A stretch of DNA of 64,000 bases from Octopus vulgaris (taxonomy: Eukaryota). The notes under the pieces are model-generated. The model ran no database searches. It worked only from the letters and a program-made list of their open reading frames with translations, and had not been told where the DNA came from. Within the stretch, counting starts at the first letter, position 1. Every line of letters starts with the position of its first letter. Positions 1 through 13,634 of the stretch are shown in pieces. The translations under genes were made by a program, and so were the position numbers. The stretch covers positions 220,224,001-220,288,000 of the forward strand of contig OX597814.1 in assembly GCA_951406725.2 (NCBI GenBank). Direction: 5' to 3'.

Positions 1-130
1 TCCCCACGCTACCAAAAAAAAAAAAAGAAAAAAATTACTGAAATACTTTTGTTCATCCCTTTCTTGATTAACGAGAAAACAATAATAAAGTCTGCATTTT
101 TCTTTCTGTCTCATGGTAGTGAACAAATGT

Positions 131-503
131 GGAGGCGCAATGGCCCAGTGGTTAGGGCAGCGGACTTGCGGTTTTGATTCCCAAACTGGGCATTGTGAGT
201 GTTTATTGAGCGAAAACACCTAAAGCTCCACGAGGCTCCGGCAGGGGCGGGGTGTGTGATCCCTGCTGTACTCTTTCACCACAATTTTCTCTCACTCTTA
301 CTTCCTGTTTCTGTTGTACCTGTATTTCAAGGGGCCGGCCTTGTCACTCTCTGTGTCACGCTGAATATCCCCGAGAACTACGTTAAGGGTACACGTGTCT
401 GTGGAGTGCTCAGCCACTTACACGTTAATTTCACGAGCAGGCTGTTCCGTTGATTTAGATCAACCGGAACCCTCGTCGTCGTAACCGACGGAGTGCTTCC
501 ATC
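131..503 (+). mobile_element. tRNA-derived SINE family A
   Basis: Head GGAGGCGCAATGGCCCAGTGGTTAG (A box) with B-box-like TTGATTCCC. 13-bp TSD agtgaacaaatgt at 118-130 and 504-516. Four other near-identical copies in the window. Confidence 0.9.
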
Positions 504-2001
504 AGTGAACAAATGTAAAATGTTGGAAGCTATCTTAAATTTATTAAATATAGCAGCTAGTCTGCTCCTTAATCCTCACATCTGCACTCTGACCCCCCCC
601 CCCAGCCCCCACTAGAAACATTCCATTAGCCTAATACTTCTATGACTTGACTAGTCCTGCTTCTACAGTAGACTCGACTTCTTTGAAATTGCAGACCCTT
701 TATAACCTGTCCCCAAAACAAATAACTCAATCGCTGCCTTTCCACCCCACCCACACCCAGCCACACACCCTTTACTCTATCTATGAATCATTTCCTTACT
801 CCTCTTTCACTGACGTCCAGCTGGAGCACCAACTTCCATAGTATAGCAAATTATACTGATACTTGCTCAGTGGTTATAGTTATTGACGCCAGAGGGATAA
901 AAAAAGCAAAGAAGACCTGGGTGTGATTTGAACACAGAATTTAAAGATACATAATTAAATACACATAGAACAAGGATTATTGTCTCATAGATCTACAACT
1001 AATTTTATGATGTGAGCATTTTAGAAAATGTCTGAGCTTTCTGAACATTCTAGAAAACGTTTCTTTTACTCAGAACATCACCTGTCAGGAAACCCTTTCC
1101 TGACACAGTTTCTCCAACCACTCTTTTACAAACAAGAATTTGAAACAACAGTAAGGTCGACACACAGTGGCTTTAACTCCCACATGTACCTCAGCACCTA
1201 TAAAGTGGCCCCTCAAAAAGCTATATCAAAATTGCTATCTAATGTAACAAATACAAAAAAGAAAACTAAATAGTCCGTTACCAGACGATATATTTATTAC
1301 ATGTAGCAGCAGCCACATGAATTTGTTATGATTTTAGTGGATACATAAATAACTTCTTTCTATCTAAATGACATAAATTACATCAAACAGTGATGTTAAA
1401 TATTATAAAAACACACACAAAGACTGTGTTATCTATAACTCCATCGATAATTATTTTACTACATATAATTTCCCTACTAAACTCCAGACGTTTTTGCTCC
1501 ATAAAACAAACCTATGCTAATTGTAGGTGAATACACAAACTTTTTTCCCCAGTTCAGGTAGTTATTTACTTTTATTATATAACCCTGTTTTATGCCAGGT
1601 AACATGAAAATGTTATTTTGAAATATCACAGCAAAAGGAGAAAAAAAACTTCGACTATAAAGACATGCAAACGTTAGCAGTTATTGAACATTTGACATAG
1701 GAAAGAAAGAAAAGAAAGAAAGAAAAAACGAAAATAACGACGCAATGAATATACAATGTAAGAACTAGAAGAATTCATGTGTGTGTGGGGGGGGGGGAAC
1801 AATCAGTGACTCAACAGGCAGATATCGTGCAAGGGAGAGAAGCATGTCATGGACTGTTTTTTTTTTTTTCTTCTGCCAGAGGGAAATTACCTACCTTCTA
1901 TAAGGTCAGAACCACAAATACAAGGATGAAACGAAGAATTGGATTAAAAGAAGAAAAAAAAGGAAGAATTTATAAAAAACGTTGAATCAAGACAATTTAC
2001 T

Positions 2002-2006
2002 ATATA

Positions 2007-2060
<54 letters not shown>

Positions 2061-2368
2061 TTATACACATATATTATACATATATATTATACACATATAT
2101 ATATTATACATATATATATTATATACATATATATATTATATACATATATATATTATACATATATATATTATATACATATATATATTATATACATATATAT
2201 ATTATACATATATATATTATATACATATATATATTATACACATATATATACTATACACATATATATACTATACATATATATATTATACACATATATTATA
2301 CATATATATATATTATACACATATATTATACATATATATATATTATACATATATACATATATATATAT
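2002..2368. repeat. (TA)n-derived compound microsatellite
   Basis: Seen directly. Confidence 0.95.
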
Positions 2369-2917
2369 CTTTGTAAGTGTGTGTATTAATATATGCGTGT
2401 CTAGACATATCTATGTATACTTATGTGTATACATAATATACAAATATATTTATACACACACAAAAAAAATTATATACAGACGTATGTGCATGCACACACA
2501 CACACACACACAGAGAGACAGACACACACACACACACACATATATATAGGCAAATACACACATATATATATAGAAACATACAGAAGTATAAATATATATA
2601 TTTCTAGTCACATTCATCCACAAATACAAACACACATCTACACAAACACACACTCCTCAAATTTGTTGATAAAAGTGAGCGATGTTACAGCTCCTATGTC
2701 TACAGCTTTTAACATTAGGCATAAGCAAGTTTTTGGTTACTGACACTAACTGCATGGCACTCATCACAAATTGTTCTGTGTAGGAAGGAGATGAAGAGGT
2801 ACAAGAATTTCTTGACCTAAACACCATGGTTGTTAGTTCCACATGGGAGCTAAGCAGGCACTATAAATGCATACTTATGCAATAAAAATCATACAGATTT
2901 CTTAAAATGCAAAATGA

Positions 2918-2918
2918 A

Positions 2919-2957
<39 letters not shown>

Positions 2958-2997
2958 TATAATAATAATAATAATAATAGTAATAATTATAATAGTA

Positions 2998-3032
<35 letters not shown>

Positions 3033-3052
3033 TATAATAGTAATAATAATAA
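2918..3052. repeat. (AAT)n microsatellite
   Basis: Seen directly. Confidence 0.95.
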
Positions 3053-3592
3053 ATGCCCTGATAAAGTACCAGGCAGTGGCTCTCTTGGCTTCTGATCTTA
3101 ATGTTTGGAAGTGTTATCATGTACATGTTTTGACTTGGTATAAAAGATGGGCTACAGCAAATATTCGGCTCAGTACCACAGATTTGCTTATTAATTGTTT
3201 TATTATAACCAGTTGAGCATGTCCCTTAATGACTGATGATATGTGCATCTCTAATCATGAGCAGGAGTCGTGGGGGAGCATCATAGCGATGTACTGAGAG
3301 GAATTCTTTGGGGATTTGAATAATTTACCTCTCAAAACACGGGTGCTTTGTTCATCATCCTTAAGCAACCCTTATTCAGGGACCTTTTGAGTGGGATGGG
3401 CAACTCAGACTGAAGAATATTCTAACCTGGCCCCTCCTGCAAGGTCATGCACTTATTATCTTCATATGAAATCACCATATCATGCACATATGATTGTGCT
3501 GCATGTTCCTGGTGTACCCTGATCAGACGGGGAGTCATGATGGGTATACTGGGCTTTGTAGCTTTGTACCCTAGTGTCACTGTTCTCTTACT
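3053..3592. mobile_element. Unclassified ~540-bp insert between two (TAA)n arrays
   Basis: Complex, more GC-rich sequence with sharp boundaries to (AAT)n on both sides. Confidence 0.5.
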
Positions 3593-3593
3593 C

Positions 3594-3640
<47 letters not shown>

Positions 3641-3657
3641 TAATAATAATAATAATG

Positions 3658-3692
<35 letters not shown>

Positions 3693-3696
3693 AATG

Positions 3697-3730
<34 letters not shown>

Positions 3731-3733
3731 TAA

Positions 3734-3805
<72 letters not shown>

Positions 3806-3831
3806 TAATAATGATAATAATAATAATAATG

Positions 3832-3869
<38 letters not shown>
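3594..3869. repeat. (AAT)n/(GAT) microsatellite
   Basis: Seen directly. Confidence 0.95.
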
Positions 3870-4155
3870 TGCAGATATCTTTCAGTATTTAGTTGTGTAT
3901 TTTTATATAAAAGGAAATTTAATATTCATAATTAATAAAATAGTGATATTTAACTATTTCCAAAGCAAAAAAAGTAATAAGGAGTAAGAATGCTGATGGA
4001 CTGATCCAATTAAAATTTCCATTTTATTATCTAACGAGGAAGTTTATGAGAAATGTTGATTCGCTCATAGAATAGAAAGAGATTACATGTGATAAGGTAA
4101 GGTTCTCTACAGGTAATGCAAAGGTAATAGTGTGAAAATACATACTAAAATAAAT

Positions 4156-4219
<64 letters not shown>

Positions 4220-4223
4220 TTAC

Positions 4224-4418
4224 GCTGCTGGGGTATAAGTAGTGGTGGGTCGGGAGCTGGTTCGCTGGCCCTGCCTTCACCCACCAGATTGACTCCCATA
4301 ATCCGGAACTGGTAGTAACTGGCAGGCTGCAGACCTGTTACAGTGTAGTTACGAACCTGAGCATCAATTGTATTTTGGTAAGTGTCCCAGGGAGGATTCA
4401 ATATGCTGGAAGGAGAAC
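4224..4418 (-). CDS. sdk: Sidekick-like exon: C-terminal half of FN3-1
   Basis: Acceptor cttccgttttag|GT, donor CAGC|gtaagt. 195 bp, phase 1->1. Translation (G)SPSSILNPPWDTYQNTIDAQVRNYTVTGLQPASYYQFRIMGVNLVGEGRASEPAPDPPLLIPQQ contains the FN3 LxPxxxYxFR motif. Confidence 0.94.
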
Positions 4419-5400
4419 CTAAAACGGAAGAGGAAAATAAAGTTCTGAGATTAAAGTAAATGAAATTGTTTGTATGATGACAGGGGTGTTCTGTTTTTTT
4501 ACAGGTTAGCATGTGATATCAATGTGATATCAATGTGATCCCACACACATAAGCACACCTTGTTATGTCACTAAAATACAAAATAGACAGAATTTAGAAA
4601 CAGATGATGAGGAACATAGGAAGAACGGAATGAAATCCTAAAGGGGCCAGCATGGAAGGTGGATGTTAAATGATGAGGAAAGAAGAAAAGCAAAAACAAC
4701 AACAACAACAACAACAAAAAGATGTATGAAAGACAAATGTAAGATTTTAAATCCTTGATATGGCAAATTGAATTTCAAGATGTTTTGGCTGGAAACAGTA
4801 AGAAAGGATATAATAAGGGGTGAATATTTCTCATGGCTAACACCATTCTAACCCCATTTATTAGTTGAAATGGAGAAATAAACTGGAGAGCAAAAGAAAT
4901 CCAGAATTTATTTTGAACCAAGTCAGCTGTTATCTGCGAGTGAGTATCTCTCGATAACATGAACTATAATTCATTAATTGTTTTAGGTGCTTATGCAATC
5001 ATGATAATGATGAGCAGGAATACATAGCCTTTTGGCCAGCAGAACATCAAGGATGTGACAATTGGTGGGTGAGAGAGCTGCACCAGAACGTGGCTGACAC
5101 TTATTACAGTTGAAATAGATTGGAATAAAGTGAAGTGAGGTGCTTTGCTCAAGGTCACAACAAGCCACCTGGTACAGAAATTGAACCCATGATCTTATAA
5201 GCAGAGGCAGAACACTCTAACCACAAGACCATATGACTTCACAAATGTAGAATGTGGTGTAGAGTTTGTGAATATTTTATTTAAGCATCTTTCAACGACA
5301 ATAGAGCAAGTCTCTCTCCACGGAAAAATGGATTCAGCACTAAACAAGAAAAAAAATTCTTGTTTAGAGAATGTGAGTAATCCGATTGTCTGTAATAATA

Positions 5401-5817
5401 TGGAAGCACTCCGTCGGTTACGACGACGAGGGTTCCGGTTGATCCGAATCAACGGAACAGCCTGCTCGTGAAATTAACGTGTAAGTGGCTGAGCATTCCA
5501 CAGACATGTGTACCCTTAACGTAGTTCTCGGGGATATTCAGCGTGACACAGAGAGTGACAAGGCCGGCCCCTTGAAATACAGGTAAGTGACAAGGCCGGC
5601 CCCTTGAAATACAGGTACAACAGAAACAGGAAGTAAGAGTGAGAGAAAGTTGTGGTGAAAGAGTACAGCAGGGATCACCACCATCCCCTGCCGGAGCCTC
5701 GTGGAGCTTTAGTTGTTTTCGCTCAATAAACACGCAAAACGCCCGGTCTGGGAATCGAAACCGCGATCCTATGACCGCGAGTCCGCTGCCCTAACCACTG
5801 GGCCATTGCGCCTCCAC
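5401..5817 (-). mobile_element. SINE family A with short internal duplication
   Basis: Reverse complement of 131-503; agtgacaaggccggccccttgaaatacaggta occurs twice. Confidence 0.9.
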
Positions 5818-7069
5818 CCATAATAATAATGACAGAGGACAAGCTATGAAGTGGTGGCAGGATACATGAATTGTCAAAGAGTGAGGAGTTGGCATTGCAA
5901 GAGAAGTAATAGTGCATGCAAGGGAGGTAACTAGCCTGACTTATGATAATATATAAGAGAGAGGTAAGCACATGAACGTGTGTGTGTACGTGTGCATGCG
6001 TGTGTATACACACACACACACTTTTATCATAATTTCTTTATACTATTATGTTTATATCATATTATACAGGCATGGTTGTGTGGTAAAGAAGTTTGCTTCC
6101 CAACCACATGGTTCTGGGTTCAGTTCTATTGTGTGACACCTTGGGCAAGTGTCTTCTACTATAGCCTCAAGTCAACCAAAGCCTTGTGAGTGGATTTGGT
6201 AGACAGAAACCGAAAGAAGCCCGTTGTTTGTGTGTGTGTATGCGTGTCTTTGTGTTTGTTCCCCGCCCCCATCACCACCTGACAACCGATGTCCCAAGGG
6301 GTCTAGTGATGTGAAAAGGCACTCAATAAAGGCCATCCAGCTTTTGAAAGCATGTCAAAACAGACACTGGAGTTTGATTTAGTTCTGTGACTTGTTAGAT
6401 TCTGTCAAACCATCCACCTTATGCTAGCATGGAATACAGACATTAAATGATGAAGATCTATCTAAAATATAAAATGTAAGAGGTAGTTTTTAAAAAGATT
6501 TGCATAAATGGTGAGAAGGGACAACAGCAGACAGGTAGCTAGCTGAAAAGCTAGCCAATAGTTATATATGGTTAAGAGAGAAGCTGAAAATAGGAGGTTT
6601 GATAATGGTTTGCAACAGAGGACTAGTCGTAGGAAGCATTTCGGACAGCAGACAATTTCCCGGCATCTTATGAACTGAGATGATGCTGGGGAAAGTATAT
6701 TTGGAACAACTGTAATGCATTTATCCTCGTTGATGCTAAAAAGAAAGAGACATGGAAATGGTCACGTAAAATTCGTCCAGTACCTGTTGTAAAGAGTTAG
6801 GCTGTCTTGCTAGAGATATGACATCTTTCTTATGTTGATGGTATGAAGAAAGCACCCACTACAAACTGTATAGTGTTTTAGACATTAGAAAAGGCATCCA
6901 GCAGTAGAAACCATGTCAAAATGAAGTCCCCTCCAACATGTGATGCTGAAGAGGAATCCTCAAATATGTGCGATTGTTTTATGGTTCTGACCATGGTGAT
7001 CTATTAAAACTATGCATGTAAAATAATGACACGCACATGCTGATAATGCATACATGCAAATACATACAT

Positions 7070-7322
7070 GTGCTGGTGGCACGTAAAAAGCACCATCCGA
7101 TTGTGGCTGTTTGCCAGCCTTGTCTGGCACCTGTGCAGATGGCACGTAAAAAGCACCCACTACACTCATGGAGTGGTTGGCGTTAGGAAGGGCATCCAGC
7201 CGTAGAAACATTGCCAGATCAGACTGAAGCTTGGTGCAGCCTTCTGGCTTCCCAGACCCCAGTTGAACCGTCCAACCAATGCTAGCGTGGAAAGCGGATG
7301 TTAAATGATGATGATGATGATG
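7070..7322 (+). mobile_element. Family C: 3' end of an RTE-type LINE or RTE-tailed SINE, (GAT)n tail
   Basis: ggtggcacgtaaaaagcacc repeats, then tggttggcgttaggaagggcatccagc, ending gttaaa(tga)n; about 12 copies in the window. Confidence 0.8.
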
Positions 7323-7358
7323 TATGTGTGTATACAGATAATGCATGCTTACATACTT

Positions 7359-7392
<34 letters not shown>

Positions 7393-7869
7393 GAAAGAAT
7401 AGGGGTAGCATATTCATAACTCATACATCAGTACACAACAAGTACAATCACCAAAATATTAATGATAATTATTCATCAAGAAATATTTTCCAAGTTAGAT
7501 TTCATAAGCAAAACACACACACCCAAAAAGATAAATAAATATATAAAGCAAAATATCTGTTTTAAGATTTATATTCAAGTCAATTGTCATTGACTTTACA
7601 TAGCTTAAAGAAAATTGTCACAATTTGCTCTCCAATAAATTTAGTAGGAAACCCATTAAAATCTCAGGAAAATTTAATGGTGAACTTGTAATAAGAAAAC
7701 TGGATTTTATGAGAATTGATATGAAAAGGGCTTGACGTATACTGCCTCGTTATAAAGATAACTTGATATTAAATATAAAAAACGAATAGTATATGAAAAT
7801 TAATTATGCATAGACACATTCCTTACATCGTTTTTTTTTTTTAATTGTATGAATACCTGTTTAATTTAC

Positions 7870-8010
7870 CTTGATTAATTAGCTTATGTTGTATAATGTA
7901 ACCTGTGATAGGGGAGTTACCATCATCACCAGCTTGCCATGTGATAGATACGCTGCCAGGAGAGTTGCTGTGTGCAAACACATTTAGAATAATTGGAGGA
8001 TATGGTACTT
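7870..8010 (-). CDS. sdk: Sidekick-like exon: N-terminal half of FN3-1
   Basis: Acceptor tcttcaacag|AA, donor CAAG|gtaaat. 141 bp, phase 1->1. Translation (E)VPYPPIILNVFAHSNSPGSVSITWQAGDDGNSPITGYIIQHKLINQ contains the DGNSPI motif. Confidence 0.93.
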
Positions 8011-9333
8011 CTGTTGAAGAAAATAAAACGAAATACATTAAAACAAAAAAAAAAAAGTTAAGAAAATCAAAATTGATGAGAAAGTATGATAAATACAATA
8101 TCTTATTTAAAGAGCTGCAAAGCCAAGGGAAACTAATCGTCCCGACAAAAAAGTTTATTAGATATTACATAGTTGTTTCCCTTCACACGTGAAAACTGAT
8201 TTCACTGCAGTTCAAATCCTCATTTCTTTCCCATTCGTCCGACAGATTTTAGGTCTCGCGTCCAAGAACGCAAAAGTGAAGCAATGAGATCGAAGGAAAC
8301 AAGAAATAGTCTGTGATGGCAAATATACAAAGTTCACAAAATGAAATACATTCTGCCGGGAAGTAAAAAAAAAGGTCTAACATTTCGGAGAGGATTCTTT
8401 AACAAAGAGAAAGGAAATGCTTGCAGTAAGAATTTTCTGTTCTCCCCGACAGACATTTCTGTCTTTCCCATATCAAAGACATCAGCCTTTCTTCCCCAAA
8501 CAAAATAATTTATTCCATTTCGTAAGAGTATCTCAAGTAGATCCATACTCAGAGTTTCACAGCTCTCTGACGATTAAAGTGGATCCACCGTTCCCCACTT
8601 TTTTTTGGTTCTCTGGCGTTTTCCAAACATGATTCCTTGCATTATTCACAACCTAATAAGGAATTCCACGCTAAATCAGACCAGTTAAAAATGCCGACGA
8701 GATTGACTTAATTTGTGAATAAAAATAAGATTTGAAATACAAACTGCCAAATTATGGTGAAAGCATTTCAGCAAGGTAAAAACTAGAATACTACAGTACT
8801 TTGTTCATGTCAATAAATAAATAATGATATGCTGTATTGAATCGATCAGCTTTTCACTGAAATATCACCAATATCTTACCCACTCGTGCATTACAACTCG
8901 TCAATTTTATTGGTTCTTTTGTAAAAGAAACAGAAGTAATGAAACAAACCACTGTACACATTTCAGGCATAGAATTTGTAAGTTGGTACCTAGAGCGAGG
9001 TCGTGTGTTATTGCAACTTTGACATAACTGAGCCTTTATATATTCGCTCGACATACTAGAAATGACAACCAAATCTACAGTCACAGGAAGCGGAAGGAAA
9101 TATTGGATAATGTAACCCTGCAACCTTCTAAAAAGACAGAATGGACATATTTAGAATTGGAATAATTTCGGTCACAGGTCTGCTCAATCAGGATTGGGCT
9201 GGGACTTAAAAAACAATAGTTACAAAACACTTGCTGCATATTATAATTAAAATCCAGCTCTACTGGCTTCAAATTTACTAATTAGCCTAACAGTTAATTT
9301 ATCTCTGATCAACTGATATTAAGTAAGGCCACA

Positions 9334-9744
9334 TACTCTTTACTCTTTTACTCTTTTACTTGTTTCAGTCATTTGACTGCGGCCATGCTGGAGCACCGCC
9401 TTTAGTCGAGCAACTCGACCCCAGGACTTATTCTTTGTAAGCCCAGTACTTATTCTATCAGTCTCTTTTGCCGAACTGCTAAGTGACGGGGACGTAAGCA
9501 CACCACCATCGGTTGTCAAGCAATGCTAGGGGGACAAACACAGACACACAAACACACACATATATATATATGCATATATACGACAGGCTTCTTTCAGTTT
9601 CCGTCTACCAAATCCACTCACAAGGCATTGGTCGGCCCAGGGCTATAGCAGAAGACACTTGCCCAAGGTGCCACGCAGTGGGACTGAACCCGGAACCATG
9701 TGGTTGGTAAGCAAGCTACTTACCACACAGCCACTCCTGTGCCT
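9334..9744 (-). mobile_element. tRNA-derived SINE family B (CORE-like ccttgggcaag motif, central TA/TG microsatellite, (gtaaaaga)n tail)
   Basis: Head GGCGCAGGAGTGGCTGTGTGGTAAG ... GGTTCAGTCCC (A/B boxes); more than 10 copies in the window. Confidence 0.88.
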
Positions 9745-10540
9745 TTATCAACAATTAATTTAAATGAAGCTCATGAGGAATTTTCTGTAGACTTGTTAGG
9801 ACATAAGAAATGAAATCTGTTACAATGGATTCACAGAAATGGTGAAAGTTAAATCCAGATCAGACAAAATCTTAATATCACGAGTGAATAACTTCTCTAA
9901 GTTGCTCAAAGAGTTCATGGCCTGCCTTAAGGCAAAATAGAAAAGTTGCAGCAAAAGTTTGACTACTGTTTCCAGAATGTATAATAAAAATGTGAGTGGT
10001 ATTGGTGGTGGGGTGTCAACCAGCACATTGGTCTGAGACAGGAAAGCCAGGGGGTGCAGTGGGGGCTATGATTATTTGCTGGGTCCCTCTCAAATAAATT
10101 TACACCTCTTCTGGGTCCTGAAAGTAGTCTTGCTCCACATTGCTAAATTTCACTCGGAAGCCCGATTATATCCTATCTTCCTTTGATATTAAGTTCTGTA
10201 ACTGTCTAACCCCAAATCAAGTCTGACTGAGCAGATCTATACTCTCAGCCAAATGGTTGGCTGAACAGAAAGATGCAACAGAACGACCAAGCAAGACTGA
10301 TATGAGATGTTATCAGCAATGGTGCAAAGAGGCCTCACTTAACTATGATCAGGAAGACTGCTGATTGAAACCACATGCATTTAATTACAATAAAGTATAA
10401 GATCACTCAAAGAGAAAAGAGATATTCTTCCTCAATAAAATCAACATTATGAAGACATTACATTTCATGTATGTGGTAAAGTAAAGGATATTGCATAAAG
10501 AAAGAACATTTGATTTGTTTGCAGTGTTATGTGAAATATG

Positions 10541-10960
10541 TAGGTGCAGACATGACTGCATGGTAAGAAGCTTGCTTCCCAACCACAAGGTTCTGGGTTC
10601 AGTCCCACTGCATGGCACCTAGGGCAAGTGTCTTCTACTATAGCCTTGGGCCAACCTAAGCTTTGTGAGTGGATTTGGTAGACGGAAACTGTAAGAAGCC
10701 TCTCATATATATGTCAGCATTTGTGTGTGTGTGTGTGTGTGGATCTATGTGTGTGTTTTTGTTTGTCCCCCTTCACCACAGCTTGACAACCAACGTTTGT
10801 GTGTTTATGTCCCTGTAACTTAGTAGTTTGGCAAAAGAAATTGATAGAATAAGTACCAAGCTTTAAAAAAAAATCCTAGGGTCAATTTGTTTGACTAAAA
10901 ACCCTTTGTGGTGGTACTCCAGCATGGCCGCAGTCTAATGACTGAAACAAGTGAAGGATA
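10541..10960 (+). mobile_element. SINE family B (older, diverged)
   Basis: Colinear with the family B copies, with many substitutions. Confidence 0.8.
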
Positions 10961-11100
10961 TGTCAATATGTATGAAATATTTAAAAATATAATATATTAT
11001 GTGTGTGCGTGTGTGAAGTATTTCATTGAAACTCTTAAGATAAACAATCAGAATATCATAAAGGATTTTCAAAGATAAGCCAAACTGATGTTTCTCTTAA

Positions 11101-11321
11101 CCCTTTCGTTACCAACCCAGCCCAAACCGGCTCTGGCACTGTAGTATTAATGTCTTGTTTTCATAAGTTTTTCATTAAAATCTTCCACCAAACCTTAGTC
11201 GCAATTTATGTTCCTAACACTAGCTTAATGGTAACTAAGTTATTTTACTAAATTCCTTATTATATTTAAAATAATTGAAAGAAACACAGAGCATCTCAAA
11301 AACAATATGGTAACGAAAGGG
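11101..11321. mobile_element. piggyBac-type MITE
   Basis: TIR ccctttcgttacca / tggtaacgaaaggg; TTAA on both sides. Confidence 0.8.
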
Positions 11322-11497
11322 TTAAGGAAAAGACAGCAGGTCCCTCAAGGGTGGAGCCTGAGAAGGTCAAAGTGGCAGTTAAATTGCCATATTTAATATA
11401 AAACTGTGATAGTTTAAAACTTTTCAAACTTATTCAACATGATGGACAAAGAAAGAATATTATCATTTGTGTTTTTATTAATAAAGAGAAAGCAGTG

Positions 11498-11855
11498 AGC
11501 AAAATATTTTGTGACAGCTAAACCGCTAAATTAAGAAGAAAAATACACATGTAGTAAATACACATGTAGCAAAATATTTTGTGACAGCTAAACCACTATA
11601 TTGAGAAGAAAAATACACATGTAGTAAATACACATGTAGCAAAATATTTTGTGACAGCTAAACCACTAAATTAAGAAGAAAAATACACATGTAGTAAATA
11701 CACATATAGCAAAATATTTTGTGACAGCTAAACCACTAAATTAAGAAGAAAAATACACATGTAGTAAATACACATGTAGCAAAATATTTTGTGACAGCTA
11801 AACCACTAAATTAAGAAGAAAAATACACATGTAGCAAAATATTTTGTGACAGCTA
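11498..11855. repeat. 70-bp minisatellite, about 5.3 copies
   Basis: agcaaaatattttgtgacagcta at 11498, 11568, 11638, 11708, 11778 and 11833. Confidence 0.92.
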
Positions 11856-12659
11856 CCACACTAAACCACTCACAACATCCTGGTGGTGGATGCCTGTTTA
11901 TGGTCAGTTTAATCCTCTTTATTGTCACTTTTCTGTGGTAATAAGTTGCATTTGTTTCAATTAATTTCGAAAATGATGAAGAATTTAGTAATATAACTAA
12001 CTTTATTAAGTTGGTGTTTGGAATATAAATCAACAGGAAATCATGATGTTTGAATATTTGAATTAAGGTCGCTTTAAAACAGAAAGTTTGTGCCATAGAA
12101 CCAGGGATAGTTTCAGATGGGTGGGTATCAAAAAAAGTTACAATATTGTGGGTGTGATCTTGAGAATGCTCACATATATACGACGGGCTTCTTACAGTTT
12201 CTGTCTACCAAATCCACTCACCAGGCTTTGGTTGGTCCCAAGACCATACTAGAAGACACTTGCCCAAGGTGCCATGCAGTGGGACTGAACCCAGAACCTT
12301 GTGGTTGGGAAGCAAGCTTCTTACCATGCAGGTCAGGTAACCATGTTGAGGATTTCCTACTTTGGTCTGAGAATGCATAAATGCTTTTCCTACAGCAAGA
12401 AGCCTGATATCCATCAACCCAGGCTGAATTGCATCGGCTGCACCAATAAAACTTAATTTGAAAAGAAAGGGAGAGCTGATGGCCAGTTAAGGTGCTATAA
12501 AAGTGATGGGGCTATAGAATGGACATGTAGGTAAGCAGGTTTATGTAGTTAAAAAATTGATTTCAGATTGTCTCAGATTTTAGTTATTGGAAGGGGAAAC
12601 GTCTAGAAAGTAGCAACAAGCAGCTCTAGTTGAGTAAAGAATAACAATATGTATATATG

Positions 12660-12731
<72 letters not shown>

Positions 12732-13634
12732 CATATATAAAACATAAAAACCTGACAGAAACAATAATTACAATAACAATTAATTCATTTCCTCAAATTT
12801 TATTTTGCATTGTGTATTTTTCTTCTTAATTTAATCACGAAGTAGATTATTTATGATCCGTAATCTCCTAAGATACGTCTATCTTATATCTAGGTAACTG
12901 AATAGCAATGATGTTCGATGGCGTATTAGTCCAACAGAAGTAGCAAAGAGACTATTTAAAGAATACTAATAGCTATGACCAGGTTGAACACTTCTGGCGT
13001 AAGATCAATAAAGTATACTAAGAGCAATGAAAATGGCTGGAATCTGTTAAGTAAAGCAATACTTTTGGCATAAAATGGTTTCAAAGCAGCCAGAAAAGAT
13101 CATAGAACTTTTTCTTTCTTGCTTTTTTTTATATTCATTTTATTTTACTTTATTTTTTGTTTTTTTTATTGTTTTGTTTTGATTTATTTTTGTTGTTTAT
13201 TTTCATGAAACATAGCAGAGAGGAGGCTAAAGCCAAAATCATTATAGATTAAAGCCGAGATCAAATCCAATAACTTCCACTTGAAATTTATACAGAACAT
13301 ATAATGAGATAACTATATAAAGTAAAAATTTCCAGCAAGTCTGGAGATCTGGAGAGAAAGAGACAGGGAGAGAGAGAGAGAGAGAGAAAGAAAGAGAGAA
13401 ACAAGAGAAAACAATAAAGAAAAGAAAAGAAAAAAAAAAGAGGAAACCAGTGGACAGTTCAATACTTAGGCATACCTAGACTACAAGCAGTAGCCATTGG
13501 TGACTAAAATCAACGATGTTATCTAGAATTAATTAATATAAAACAAATGTTAAAAGATGAGACAGACGACATATAAAGTTAGGTCAGCTGACGGGAGAGG
13601 AAGTGAGAGGGGAGATAAGCAAGGTGGAACTTAC

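Noticed and set aside
131-205. tRNA-like heads as tRNA genes
   Set aside because: They are fused to SINE bodies with tails and TSDs; no standalone cloverleaf.
199-453. Recurrent ORFs such as MFIERKHLKLHEAP..., ...RLPNPLTRLWSARGYSRRHLPK... and ...LDALPNANHS...
   Set aside because: Chance frames within SINE families A and B and family C, repeated because the elements are repeated.
11498-11855. CRISPR-like array
   Set aside because: Eukaryotic context, the intervening sequences are near-identical rather than unique spacers, and there are no cas genes.
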